Positions 15,883-25,544 of a DNA stretch of 64,000 nt are shown piece after piece; position 1 is the stretch's first letter; the number at the start of each line of letters is the position of its first letter. Position numbers and translations under genes: made by a program. A model generated the notes under the pieces. It worked only from the letters and a program-made list of their open reading frames with translations. It ran no database searches and was not told the origin of the DNA. This stretch comes from Candidatus Nomurabacteria bacterium (lineage in GTDB: Bacteria; Patescibacteriota; Minisyncoccia; Phycocordibacterales; UBA9973): NCBI GenBank assembly GCA_016699085.1, contig CP064958.1:3785-67784 (forward strand), in the 5' to 3' direction.

Positions 15883-18800
15883 TCGAAATGACGAGCTTCA
15901 TGTCGTCATCCGACAGGTCGATATTCTTCTCCTTCTTCACTACATCGTAGAGATAGTCATCGATAGTGTTCATGATGCGACGCTTCACGTCGATATTCTT
16001 GTACCAATCGACAATTGCTTCCTGCTTCACGATACCGAAGATATCCAAGACAATGGAGATAAACACTTCCTCTGGCATGTTGAACTTCTTGAAGCAATCC
16101 CTGAGGTTGCGGTAGAAGACATCAGAACCTTTCTCGGCAACGATGGTGCTAGGCAAACTATCGTCCTTCTTGTTAACCACATCGTCTTCAATCAACTTCA
16201 ACTGCTTGAGTGCGGCGACATCAGCTATCTTGCCGTCTCGCATCTCCTGCAAGATTTGAGAGATTTTCTTAGAGAATCGTTCGTAGAATTCGGGGTCAGA
16301 CTCCATCCGTTCAGTGATGGTCTTTTGGGTCTGTGCCGCGATTGCTTCGGCTTTGGATTTATCAGAGCCGAGGTTCTCAATAGCTTCCTCAAACTGCTTG
16401 CGGTCAGTGATGTTGATTTGTGTCGTCAAAAGCTCAACGCCTCGCGCATCAACATACTTATCGAGAATATTCACGAGAGATTGTTTGTACTCGGAGAGGT
16501 CAACGCGGTCTGCATACTTCAAACTCGCAGTCTTACGAAGCTCCATGAACTTCTTGAGCTCACGCGTGTACATATCGAGATGAGGAAAAACATGGACGAA
16601 ATCTTGCAGGACAAAACACTCGTTCAAGTTCTTAATGAACGAATTGAGTGCTTTGTAGAACATCTCCCGTTTTGGAGCATCATCAAGAAGCTGAAGAAAT
16701 GCTTCATCGTCGGATGACCCCTTAATCTCCTTGAAGATGTCGTGTACCAAGCTGTAGCTCTCCTCAAGTTCCTGCACCTTCTCAGCAACATCAATAAGCG
16801 TTCCTTTAACATCGTTCTCGTCGTAGTTACCGAAGAGCTTCATCGCAGTATCGATGTTCTTGGCATTCTCTGAATAGTCGATAATATAGCCCGCGGTCTT
16901 TGGGAGCTTCTTGTTTTCGTGTAAGCGATTCACACGAGCGATTGCCTGGAGCAGGTTATGGTCCCTCAAGTCCTTTGCGAGATAGAGTACGGTATTGCGT
17001 GGAGCATCGAACCCAGTGAGCAGTTTGTCGACAACGATAATGATTTCAATGCCATCATCGTTGTACTTGAAACTATCGATAGCATCCTTCTCATACTTCC
17101 CAACATTACTGTGATTCTCACGGACGGTATCGAGATACTTCACCACTTCCTTCTTGTGTGTGTCTTGCTCGTCTCCGTCATCGTGTTCATCAGAGATAAC
17201 GACAGCCGTGCGGACGTTTGCACGAGTCTGGAAGAACTTCTGGAAGAGTACTGCTGAATACTTAGACGGAGCAACAATCTGCGCCTTGAGTCCAGTGTTC
17301 TGGAAGTGGTGCATGAAGTGCTTCTCTATATCGTAGGCAATCTCAACAATACGTTGAGGATTGTCTTTGATTATCTTGGAGCCAACATACTTCTGGAGTT
17401 CCTTCTTCTGTTTGTCGTTGAGGTCTTCGGTAACGCGAGCAACGTGTCGGTCGATTTGTTCTTCGTTCTGAATCAAATCAACATAGCGACCTTCATAGAT
17501 AAGAGGAAGGATGATTTTGTCAGCCAATGCGTCATCGATGGTGTACTTGTCGATATAGCCACCGAACTTTCTCCAGCTCTCTTTCTCTCCCTTCATGAGT
17601 GGCGTACCCGTAAAGCCGATGTAGCACGCACTCGGAATGATTCGATTCATTTCTACGTTTGCGATACCACTCTGGCTTCGGTGTGCTTCGTCGATAAGAA
17701 CGAAGATGTTTTGGTCTTCATCAACAAATCCTGCCTTTTTCTTGGCAGCTGATTCAAATTTGTGAACCAGTGTCGTAACGACAGCGAGGTTTTTATCCCT
17801 GATGAGGTCGAGCAGGTTTTGACCACTCGTTGCCTGTATCACTTCTTTTTTGAGATTACAGTTCTTGAACGTATCTTTGATTTGTTTATCCAAGTCCTTA
17901 CGGTCGGTCACGATAATGACGCGTGGATTGTTTATGTGAGGGTTCTCAATCAGAGCTTTCACAAACATCACCATGGTGAGTGACTTACCAGACCCTTGTG
18001 TGTGCCACACCAAACCACCTCGGCGACGAGTGATACCTGAAGGGCTTGTCTCTGTCTCAGCAACACGCTCAAGCATCTTGTGAATTGCAAAGTACTGTTG
18101 GTAGCGAGAGAGTTTCTTTACTCCAGCATCAAAGAGAATGTAGTTCTTAGTGAGGTCGAGAAGTCGAGCGGGCTCAAAGAGTGCCGCGATGCCACGGTCT
18201 TGTTCAGTTGGGAGACGATTCATTTTCTGCACGTGACCTTCGGTGTATCCGTTTAGGTCAGTGAGAATCTGGGCGTATACAGTCGGGTCTACTTTTGTAG
18301 CAATCAGTGCTTTTGCTTTAGCATTTTCGTCTGCTTCAGGCGTACTTTTCTCTTTCCAGACTGCATAGAATTTATTTGGTGTGCCAATAGTGCCGTACTG
18401 AAGCTCTTTGCCGTTTGTACCAACAAGAAGTTGGGTGTAGGTAAAGAATTTAGGACAAAACTCTGGACCCTGATTGCGGTTCATCTGGTTAATAGCTTCT
18501 AGCGTTGCTACTCCTGACTTCTTGTTCTCAATGACCGCGATAGGGATACCGTTTACGAAACAGACGATATCGGGACGAATGGTTTGCTTTCCAGTCACGA
18601 CGAATTCTGCCGTCACATGGAAGGCGTTATTCTCTGGATTTTGGAAATCTATAAAACGGAAGTTTTTAGAAACTGTCTTTCCTCCAACGCTTACCTTGAT
18701 AGTCTTACCACCGCTTGTTGGCATGATGGTGTTGTAGATTTTCTGTGCGGTATCAATAAGACCTTCGTACTGAATATGTTCGAGCTCATCTATAGCGTCG

Positions 18801-19027
18801 CGTACGTCCTTCTCGCCGAATTTGTACTCAGTGCCAGCGACTTCGTAGCTGTTGATTTCCATGAGCTTCTCATTGGCAATATCAGTGAGAATGAAACTAC
18901 TCGTGTCACCACCGCGCTGACGTAGTGCCTCTTCAGTAGAGATGTATTTGTACCCCATAGCCAAAAGGAGCTCCAATGCTGGGAGTTGGGACTGTCGTGC
19001 TTCATCAAAGTGTACTTTTTCTAGCAT
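15839..19027 (-). CDS. hsdR: Type I restriction enzyme R subunit (HsdR)
   Basis: WHTQGSGKSLTM (motif I), VLIDEAHRSQ (DEAH), FTGTP, LQAIARVNR (motif VI); 1062 aa. Confidence 0.9.
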   Translation of the reverse strand: MLEKVHFDEARQSQLPALELLLAMGYKYISTEEALRQRGGDTSSFILTDIANEKLMEINSYEVAGTEYKFGEKDVRDAIDELEHIQYEGLIDTAQKIYNTIMPTSGGKTIKVSVGGKTVSKNFRFIDFQNPENNAFHVTAEFVVTGKQTIRPDIVCFVNGIPIAVIENKKSGVATLEAINQMNRNQGPEFCPKFFTYTQLLVGTNGKELQYGTIGTPNKFYAVWKEKSTPEADENAKAKALIATKVDPTVYAQILTDLNGYTEGHVQKMNRLPTEQDRGIAALFEPARLLDLTKNYILFDAGVKKLSRYQQYFAIHKMLERVAETETSPSGITRRRGGLVWHTQGSGKSLTMVMFVKALIENPHINNPRVIIVTDRKDLDKQIKDTFKNCNLKKEVIQATSGQNLLDLIRDKNLAVVTTLVHKFESAAKKKAGFVDEDQNIFVLIDEAHRSQSGIANVEMNRIIPSACYIGFTGTPLMKGEKESWRKFGGYIDKYTIDDALADKIILPLIYEGRYVDLIQNEEQIDRHVARVTEDLNDKQKKELQKYVGSKIIKDNPQRIVEIAYDIEKHFMHHFQNTGLKAQIVAPSKYSAVLFQKFFQTRANVRTAVVISDEHDDGDEQDTHKKEVVKYLDTVRENHSNVGKYEKDAIDSFKYNDDGIEIIIVVDKLLTGFDAPRNTVLYLAKDLRDHNLLQAIARVNRLHENKKLPKTAGYIIDYSENAKNIDTAMKLFGNYDENDVKGTLIDVAEKVQELEESYSLVHDIFKEIKGSSDDEAFLQLLDDAPKREMFYKALNSFIKNLNECFVLQDFVHVFPHLDMYTRELKKFMELRKTASLKYADRVDLSEYKQSLVNILDKYVDARGVELLTTQINITDRKQFEEAIENLGSDKSKAEAIAAQTQKTITERMESDPEFYERFSKKISQILQEMRDGKIADVAALKQLKLIEDDVVNKKDDSLPSTIVAEKGSDVFYRNLRDCFKKFNMPEEVFISIVLDIFGIVKQEAIVDWYKNIDVKRRIMNTIDDYLYDVVKKEKNIDLSDDDMKLVISSVLSLAENNYEIFS

Positions 19028-19033
19028 GGTGTT

Positions 19034-20260
19034 TTAGTTATGGGTTGATAATTTTTCTGGTGTCCGAATCGTTCCTGTAATGAGATTGTTCAAAAGATAC
19101 CGTTTTTGTTCTTGGAGAACTTTTAGCTTACGCTTAAGAACTTGAATTTCTTCGTCCGCAGTAGTAAGTATGTTTGCAATTGCATCTTGTTCGATTTTTG
19201 GAGGAAAAACAGCCTTAAAACCTTCAAAGACTTTAGCCGACAAATGTTTAACCGTTGTAGAACTAGTTTCTTGTTCGATTATTTTTAAAGGAACTTGAAT
19301 CTTATAGAAGAGATAGTCTTTATTTGCATTCTTAAATGCCACCAACTTTCCCACTCGTTGGTTTAAGAGAGCCTTGCCTTTAGACCATTTACAAGTCATG
19401 AAATCACCGTCCATCCCGATCAAAATATCCCCGTCCTGTACAGTGTAAGAATCTGGAATATCCGTCCCGGAATAGTACAAAATCTGACCATCTCCCTTTA
19501 AATCTCTATTTCTTACCACACGAACACCTCTCTCTTCAGAAAAATATTTAGACGGAAAAGGAAATCCGCTCCAAAATTTACATGCATCACCAAACGACTT
19601 GGATTCCCATTTGTCTTTAAACTCTGGTAAACGAGTTTTGCCCGTAAGTAATTCCTGCATCAAACCTTTTTTAATATGCTTTTTGTTTTCAATCTTCTGG
19701 GCAAGTTTTCCAATAGCTTTGTCCCAAGTCTCAAGTACTAAAACAATTCTTTTCTGCTCAGAAACGGGCGGGAGTTTTATGTTTACATGATTGAGTAAGG
19801 TGCCACTGGTTAGAGCACGGGTTGTGTATGAACTTTTCTCCATTATCTCTTTACGGGCTGATTGAGTACGAAAACAGTATTGAGCATATTCAGGAACTAG
19901 CACTTTACTTTTAGGACGAGCCCGTAGAACGAAGCCACTAAAAACAGTGTCTCGAAAGTCATCTAGTGCAACAGCAGAAAATCCGATTTCATCCAATGTT
20001 TCTGAGGTTCTAGTAAAAAAAACATCGCCTCTCTTTACATTGAATCTACCTAACTCAGATTTATTAACCTCAACTCTCCCTAATACATTATCTTTGTAGA
20101 GTCCACCGCCTTTATTAACGTCCATGTAATTGATTATCGGGGTGCCGTGTCCAAAAAACTCTTTTTCTTTGTTGAGTCCGTTTTTGAAATCAAAAAGACC
20201 TACGAGCTTCATAGCTCGCCATCCTTTCGGGATATTCTCTTGTATAGGTTTATTTTTCAT
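19034..20260 (-). CDS. hsdS: Type I R-M specificity subunit (HsdS), two target-recognition domains
   Basis: 408 aa, duplicated TRD architecture with conserved central and C-terminal coiled regions. Confidence 0.85.
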   Translation of the reverse strand: MKNKPIQENIPKGWRAMKLVGLFDFKNGLNKEKEFFGHGTPIINYMDVNKGGGLYKDNVLGRVEVNKSELGRFNVKRGDVFFTRTSETLDEIGFSAVALDDFRDTVFSGFVLRARPKSKVLVPEYAQYCFRTQSARKEIMEKSSYTTRALTSGTLLNHVNIKLPPVSEQKRIVLVLETWDKAIGKLAQKIENKKHIKKGLMQELLTGKTRLPEFKDKWESKSFGDACKFWSGFPFPSKYFSEERGVRVVRNRDLKGDGQILYYSGTDIPDSYTVQDGDILIGMDGDFMTCKWSKGKALLNQRVGKLVAFKNANKDYLFYKIQVPLKIIEQETSSTTVKHLSAKVFEGFKAVFPPKIEQDAIANILTTADEEIQVLKRKLKVLQEQKRYLLNNLITGTIRTPEKLSTHN

Positions 20261-21098
20261 CTAGCTTTTTAATGGCTCCGAGTTGTTGTGAAATGGATTG
20301 CAATTGCTTCTTCACCTCAGCGTCCTTATCTTTTTTCTTCTTTTCATCTATCTTTTGATCCAGGATTAGCTCAATTGAGAGCTTAAGTGGCAAGAAATAC
20401 TGCCGACACTCATCTTCAGAGAGTTCGTGCACGCCCCTACTTAGAATTCCGTATATTGCTTTCATTTCAACAAGCTGGCTTGGAAGATGTTCTTTAAGAA
20501 GAACGATTTTATCCTCCATCCTCGTAGTCTTAAATACATCAGCCGCAACCTTTAGATCTTTAGCTCCACTAAATGTTTCTTGGATAAGATTCTCAAAGAT
20601 TCGACGCAAATAAACAAATGAGCCCGCCCCTGCACCGTGAGCTGCAAGACCAATAGCTTTTTTAAGATTCTTCAAATCCTCTTCAGGAAGAACCTTGTCA
20701 TACTTTTTACCCAATTCAGCAAATTGCAGGTCAGCCAAAGATGGGAATTGGCCAACTTTCATGACTTGCTTGGTCATTTCATTCTTATATACAAAGAAAC
20801 ATAGAGTATCGTTGTCCTTTCTCTTGCACTTAAGAGTCACGACAGCAAAGCCGCTAACCTTTTCAGGTGTGTACTGATTTACATACTCTGTGTCTAGCTT
20901 TTTTATCCACGAAAAACCCACACTGTAGGTAGTGTCGGTGTGATTTTTTGCTGAGTAGGCATCTACGTCTTCAGAAAATAGCTCCAACGGTTTCTCAAGA
21001 TCAGAGTATTCAAATAATTCGTATATTGGGGTTTCAAAGTAAAAATCATGCTTAGTTAATTTCGCCTTTTCTAATTCTGTGTTCGCTTGTTCGGTCAT
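20250..21098 (-). CDS. Hypothetical protein embedded between hsdM and hsdS (possibly DUF4145-like)
   Basis: 282-aa ORF with start/stop overlapping neighbours; C-terminal region GLAAHGAGAGSFVYLRRIFENLI...LSRGVHELSEDE loosely resembles DUF4145 proteins often found in type I R-M loci; assignment by memory only. Confidence 0.55.
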   Translation of the reverse strand: MTEQANTELEKAKLTKHDFYFETPIYELFEYSDLEKPLELFSEDVDAYSAKNHTDTTYSVGFSWIKKLDTEYVNQYTPEKVSGFAVVTLKCKRKDNDTLCFFVYKNEMTKQVMKVGQFPSLADLQFAELGKKYDKVLPEEDLKNLKKAIGLAAHGAGAGSFVYLRRIFENLIQETFSGAKDLKVAADVFKTTRMEDKIVLLKEHLPSQLVEMKAIYGILSRGVHELSEDECRQYFLPLKLSIELILDQKIDEKKKKDKDAEVKKQLQSISQQLGAIKKLDEK

Positions 21099-21099
21099 A

Positions 21100-22614
21100 T
21101 TAGTTGATTCCTAGTTCCTTTAAATATCCGACCATTTGTTTTTCAAGCTTCTGAAGCTCAGGCTCAAGGGAGGCGAGCTCCTTGAGGTTTGCCTTAATAT
21201 CTACAGGCGCCTCTTCCTCGAAGGTATCGACATAGCGAGTGATGTTGAGATTGAATTCGTTTTCTTCTATCTCACTGACGCTGACCTTGCGAGAAAACTT
21301 CTCAATATCCTTCCTCTTCTTGTAGGTATCAAAAATCTTCACAATATTTTCCTCGGTCAGCGTGTTCTGTGCTTTGCCTTGCTTGAACTCCTTTGAGGCT
21401 TCGATAAATAGGACATCTTTCTTCTTTTCATTCGCACCACCTTTCTCGCGTGAACGGTCAATGACCAACACAGCAACTGGAATACCAGTAGTCTGGAAGA
21501 GTCCTGCTGGAAGTCCGATGACGGTATCGATAATATTTTCATTCAAGAGTTGCTCGCGAATCTTTCCTTCAGCACCACCTCGGAAGAGAACACCGTGAGG
21601 GACGATGACCGCGACGCGTCCAGTTTTTGGCTTTGCGGTTTCAACCATATGAGTGATGAATGCAAAGTCGCCTTTATCTTTTGGCGGTACACCACGCCAG
21701 AAGCGATTGTATTTATCTGACTCGGCATGTTCAGCACCCCACTTCTTGAGGGAGAAGGGTGGGTTCGCGACCACTACGTCGAAGTGCATGAGGCTGTCGT
21801 TCTCCACCAAGAGCGGATTGTTGAGCGTGTCGCCCCATTCGATACGAGCAGAGTCTTTGCCGTGGAGGAACATGTTCATACGAGCGAGCTGGTATGTAGA
21901 GCCAGTAGATTCCTGACCGTAGAGCGCATAGTTCTTTGAACCTTGCTTCTCAACTTCCTCACCAGCCAAGAGAAGTAGACCTCCCGAACCGCAGGCAGGG
22001 TCTGAAATTCTGTCACCCTCTTTTGGTTCGGCAAGCATTGCGACGAGATGTGCGACTGAACGTGTGGTGAAAAATTCTCCCGCTTTTTTGCCAGCATCCG
22101 CACCAAAACGCTCAATCATGTACATGTAGGAATTACCGATTATGTCATCGTCTACATCAGAGAGGTCAATCTTTGCAAAGTCCTGAATCAAATTACGGAG
22201 CATCTTGTTGCGCTGTTCAAGTTTGCCAAGGATTGATTCGGAGTTGAAATCGACACTGAACACGCCATCAAGTTTTTCCTTGTTAGCATCTTCAATGCGG
22301 TGAAGTGCTTTGTTTATTTCTTCACCAATATTATCCTCCTCAATCTTGCTGTAGAGATAATCAAAGGACGACTTCGGGGGTAGGTAGAAGCGGTCGAGCT
22401 TCATTTTTTCTTCGATACGCTTTTCGTCGCTTCCGAAACGCTCCTTGTATTCGTCGTGACGCTTTTTGTTGAGGTCACTTATATATTTCAAGAAAAGCAT
22501 CGTCAACGCATAGTCTTTGTAGACACCACCGTCCACGCTACTACGTGAAGAATCAGCCGCCGACCAGAGCGTCTTGTTGAGGTCTTCCTGTGTGTATTTT
22601 TTGTGAGTAGTCAT
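21100..22614 (-). CDS. hsdM: Type I R-M N6-adenine DNA methyltransferase subunit (HsdM)
   Basis: VVANPPFS catalytic motif IV, SAM-binding DPACGSGG motif I, 504 aa. Confidence 0.9.
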   Translation of the reverse strand: MTTHKKYTQEDLNKTLWSAADSSRSSVDGGVYKDYALTMLFLKYISDLNKKRHDEYKERFGSDEKRIEEKMKLDRFYLPPKSSFDYLYSKIEEDNIGEEINKALHRIEDANKEKLDGVFSVDFNSESILGKLEQRNKMLRNLIQDFAKIDLSDVDDDIIGNSYMYMIERFGADAGKKAGEFFTTRSVAHLVAMLAEPKEGDRISDPACGSGGLLLLAGEEVEKQGSKNYALYGQESTGSTYQLARMNMFLHGKDSARIEWGDTLNNPLLVENDSLMHFDVVVANPPFSLKKWGAEHAESDKYNRFWRGVPPKDKGDFAFITHMVETAKPKTGRVAVIVPHGVLFRGGAEGKIREQLLNENIIDTVIGLPAGLFQTTGIPVAVLVIDRSREKGGANEKKKDVLFIEASKEFKQGKAQNTLTEENIVKIFDTYKKRKDIEKFSRKVSVSEIEENEFNLNITRYVDTFEEEAPVDIKANLKELASLEPELQKLEKQMVGYLKELGIN

Positions 22615-22616
22615 GG

Positions 22617-23201
22617 TTATTTGATGGTTAAGCTTTTAAATGTTGCGTTGATAATGTTTTGTTTGATTTCCTTTTCTCTATCAATAATTTTTTGCTGTTC
22701 GCGAATGTTTATAAAAAGATTTATGAGTGCCTCCTGCTTTCGCAGGGGAGGTATCGGGATGTCTATTTTTTCTAACTCTTTACGAGGCAGTGCTCCGATG
22801 TATGAACCTGAAATAATCTGAGTGAGAGACTCCTGACCCTCTTTAGAATTTAAATAGTGTGAAAGATATTCTGGAAGTACTTCTTTCGAGGTGACACGGA
22901 TGACATGGACGGAGGAAGAAGGAATGACGTTCGATTCATCGGCAATATATGTGGTTGACCTGAATGCGCCTGACTTCATGCCACGAGCGACGAGAAGGAC
23001 ATCGTTCTTTTGGAGGTGACCGGAATACCCAGGGGTATCGTGAGATATTCTGGTGAGGGTTTTCGTATTATCAAACGGTACTCCTTGGACGAGGTCTTTT
23101 GCCTGAAATACAAAGAGGTCGCCAGTGTTGTCTGGCTTGATGGCACCTCGGAAGGTGTACCCTGCAATTACCTCTGATACTTCATGCAATTTCATATACA
23201 T
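22617..23201 (-). CDS. Half-size type I R-M specificity subunit (single TRD HsdS)
   Basis: 194 aa; one TRD plus conserved C-terminal helical spacer (LRKQEALINLFINIREQQKII). Confidence 0.65.
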   Translation of the reverse strand: MYMKLHEVSEVIAGYTFRGAIKPDNTGDLFVFQAKDLVQGVPFDNTKTLTRISHDTPGYSGHLQKNDVLLVARGMKSGAFRSTTYIADESNVIPSSSVHVIRVTSKEVLPEYLSHYLNSKEGQESLTQIISGSYIGALPRKELEKIDIPIPPLRKQEALINLFINIREQQKIIDREKEIKQNIINATFKSLTIK

Positions 23202-23372
23202 GAGTATAACTTACTGCATTGAAATGTAAAGTCAAGTACTTAAGGCCGTTAAAAAACTATTTATGCCCTTCTGATCCCACCGGACACGTATTCTTCCCCA
23301 TCGCGCCATAAAACCCACACCCTTCGACTCCGCTCCTTCGACTCTGCTCAGGACAAGTCAGGGCAAGCCAGC

Positions 23373-24224
23373 TTAAATATCGCATGTATTTTTCCCCATT
23401 AATTGATTAAAAGCACACCATGAAAAAATACTTTCAAATATCGCGAAGCCGGAGAAGAAGATGAGGATTGGGCTCCAAGAGGTGGTGATGGCCCAGAGGA
23501 GTAAGGCTACGCCTAGGGTCGCGCGAAGCAAGCGACCCGATTTGCCGACGTTTCGTCCTGAGCCTGTCGAAGGATGTTTTTTGAACTTCTTCATTAAGAA
23601 TTTTAAGATGAAGCCGGTAATGAACGCGAGAATATACATGATGACGATGAGCCCCCAGCCAAACGGAGATTTGATAAAGCTTATCGGGGATTCTTCGAAA
23701 AAGTCTCGCTTAAGCTCGGGAATGGTCGTAAGTGCACTGATCCCCTCTTTACCATCAAATGCTTCTATCTCACCTATAGCGAGAGAGTACTTGCTGTCGT
23801 TGTTGCTACTCCACACGCGGATCTCGTAGATACCAGCATCAGCGCGGGCTCTGAACTGCGGCCCCATCCAGTACGTGTCGGCACCAAAGGGCTCGTAAAA
23901 CTTTTTCCATTCGAAATTTGTACTATCGAGAAGTGCAATTTCTTTCTCGCCATTTAGCACCACCGCAGACACATCTTTCTTCTGCCCAGCGATATCGGGC
24001 ACAAGTACATTTACATACAAATCAAAAGCTTCCTTGGAATCGATAATATAGACATCTGGCTCACCCGTAAGCTCGCCATAATACGCCTTGGAGATTTCTG
24101 GATCTGGCACCGTCGTAAATCGGCTCTCGGTGATGCGTGGTTGGTGGGCGGAGGCGAAAGAGGGCGCAAATACGAACAATGCGAGGAGTGTAAGAGGTAT
24201 TATTTTAGTTAATTTAGAAAGCAT
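23373..24224 (-). CDS. Hypothetical secreted/membrane protein
   Basis: Signal peptide, two predicted C-terminal TM helices. Confidence 0.5.
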   Translation of the reverse strand: MLSKLTKIIPLTLLALFVFAPSFASAHQPRITESRFTTVPDPEISKAYYGELTGEPDVYIIDSKEAFDLYVNVLVPDIAGQKKDVSAVVLNGEKEIALLDSTNFEWKKFYEPFGADTYWMGPQFRARADAGIYEIRVWSSNNDSKYSLAIGEIEAFDGKEGISALTTIPELKRDFFEESPISFIKSPFGWGLIVIMYILAFITGFILKFLMKKFKKHPSTGSGRNVGKSGRLLRATLGVALLLWAITTSWSPILIFFSGFAIFESIFSWCAFNQLMGKNTCDI

Positions 24225-24281
24225 AATAATGACATTTTAGCATTTTTTGATTGTGGCGCAGAAGTCCGAGTCTTTAATAGT

Positions 24282-24638
24282 TCATTCAGACTTCCGTAAA
24301 ATTTTCTCCATTGGTCTTCCTTTTGCCAATTCATCAACCATTTTATCCAAATAGCGGATTTCACGCATGACTTTATCCTTGATATCTTCTATCCGAACTC
24401 CACAAATCACACCCCTAATCAAAGCTCTTTTTGGATTAGGTTTGGGAGCCTTAGTAAAAAAAGTCTTGAGGTCTGTCTCTTTGGCTAGCTGCTTTTGAAA
24501 TTGCACCTTCGTGTATCCTGTCAGCCACCTAATAAGCTCATCGACTTCAGTCTTCGTGCGGCCTTTCTTCTCTGCTTTCGTAATGTAGCATGGATATACT
24601 TTCGCGAAGCTCATAGCATATAGTCTTTCTGTTTTCAT
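24282..24638 (-). CDS. DUF2200-family protein
   Basis: MSFAKVYPxYITKAEKKGRTKxEVDELIRWLTGY... matches my recollection of DUF2200 consensus. Confidence 0.55.
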   Translation of the reverse strand: MKTERLYAMSFAKVYPCYITKAEKKGRTKTEVDELIRWLTGYTKVQFQKQLAKETDLKTFFTKAPKPNPKRALIRGVICGVRIEDIKDKVMREIRYLDKMVDELAKGRPMEKILRKSE

Positions 24639-24657
24639 AGGATACTATTATTTCCAA

Positions 24658-25071
24658 TTAAAATGTTAGTTTTTTTATTTGATCTTTTATTTGATCTCGA
24701 ACATTTCTTGTAAATACCAAATCTTTACCTTTTGGATCAGGAATACTCCAGCGAGTTAATTTAGATGAGTTTATGAGATACTCAGGCAATTCTTCAGTAT
24801 CTTCCATAATTGCCACCACTATATCTGCACTATTGACCATTTCTTCTGTCATTTGTTTACGAATAGCAGGTGCCACGTCTAAACCTTCCTCACTCATGAC
24901 ATCAAGCACTTCTTGAATATTTGGAAGCAGTTCACCTATTGGTTGTTCTGGACCACTTAATTTGGTACCAGCAGATACGACAGTGTGTTGATCACCAAAT
25001 TGCTTGCGAAAAAGTGCTTCTGCAATTTGGCTTCTTCCTACGTTTCCTTTACAGAGAAATAAAATGTTCAT
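24658..25071 (-). CDS. Low-molecular-weight protein-tyrosine phosphatase / ArsC-type arsenate reductase family
   Basis: N-terminal CKGNVGRS = C(X)5R(S/T) P-loop. Confidence 0.7.
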   Translation of the reverse strand: MNILFLCKGNVGRSQIAEALFRKQFGDQHTVVSAGTKLSGPEQPIGELLPNIQEVLDVMSEEGLDVAPAIRKQMTEEMVNSADIVVAIMEDTEELPEYLINSSKLTRWSIPDPKGKDLVFTRNVRDQIKDQIKKLTF

Positions 25072-25075
25072 GAAA

Positions 25076-25405
25076 TTATTCCATTACTTCAATCGGATAC
25101 ACATCAGTCGCTGGCTCTTCATATGGGTGCACTCTTTTTATAGTTTGCAAAATATCTTTCAATTTACTTCCCTCACACACTGTTTCAATACGTATTTCTT
25201 CGACTTCTTCTAGTTTCCCTATTTCACCGATAGTAGGATTAGCACCTTCTGTTGGCTTAAACCTTCCAATGCCTTTTATGCTAAACGTACAATGGGAATA
25301 GTTCCCTATTATGCCCGCACCTGCATCGCCAATCGCATTACGCAATTCTTCGGCATTTGCTTCGGGTACGTACACTACAATTTTATAGACTTTTTTAGGA
25401 TTCAA
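25076..25405 (-). CDS. Small Nif3-fold (COG3323-like) protein
   Basis: AGAGIIGNYSHC ... HPYEEPATDVYPIE C-terminus characteristic of NIF3/COG3323. Confidence 0.5.
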   Translation of the reverse strand: MNPKKVYKIVVYVPEANAEELRNAIGDAGAGIIGNYSHCTFSIKGIGRFKPTEGANPTIGEIGKLEEVEEIRIETVCEGSKLKDILQTIKRVHPYEEPATDVYPIEVME

Positions 25406-25544
25406 AATAAATGTATATTAATCAAAATAATTCTTCAAACGCATGACCCTAGTAGGAAAACTCAATGTCGAATGCACAATTCGTTTCCTACGGGGCGAGA
25501 CAACATTTAAATAAAGTTTCTCCTTACCTATCGACACGATGACT

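Noticed and set aside
16256-18925. Multiple plus-strand ORFs (16256..16717, 17306..17752, 18584..18925 etc.) inside hsdR
   Set aside because: Shadow ORFs antisense to the conserved HsdR reading frame.
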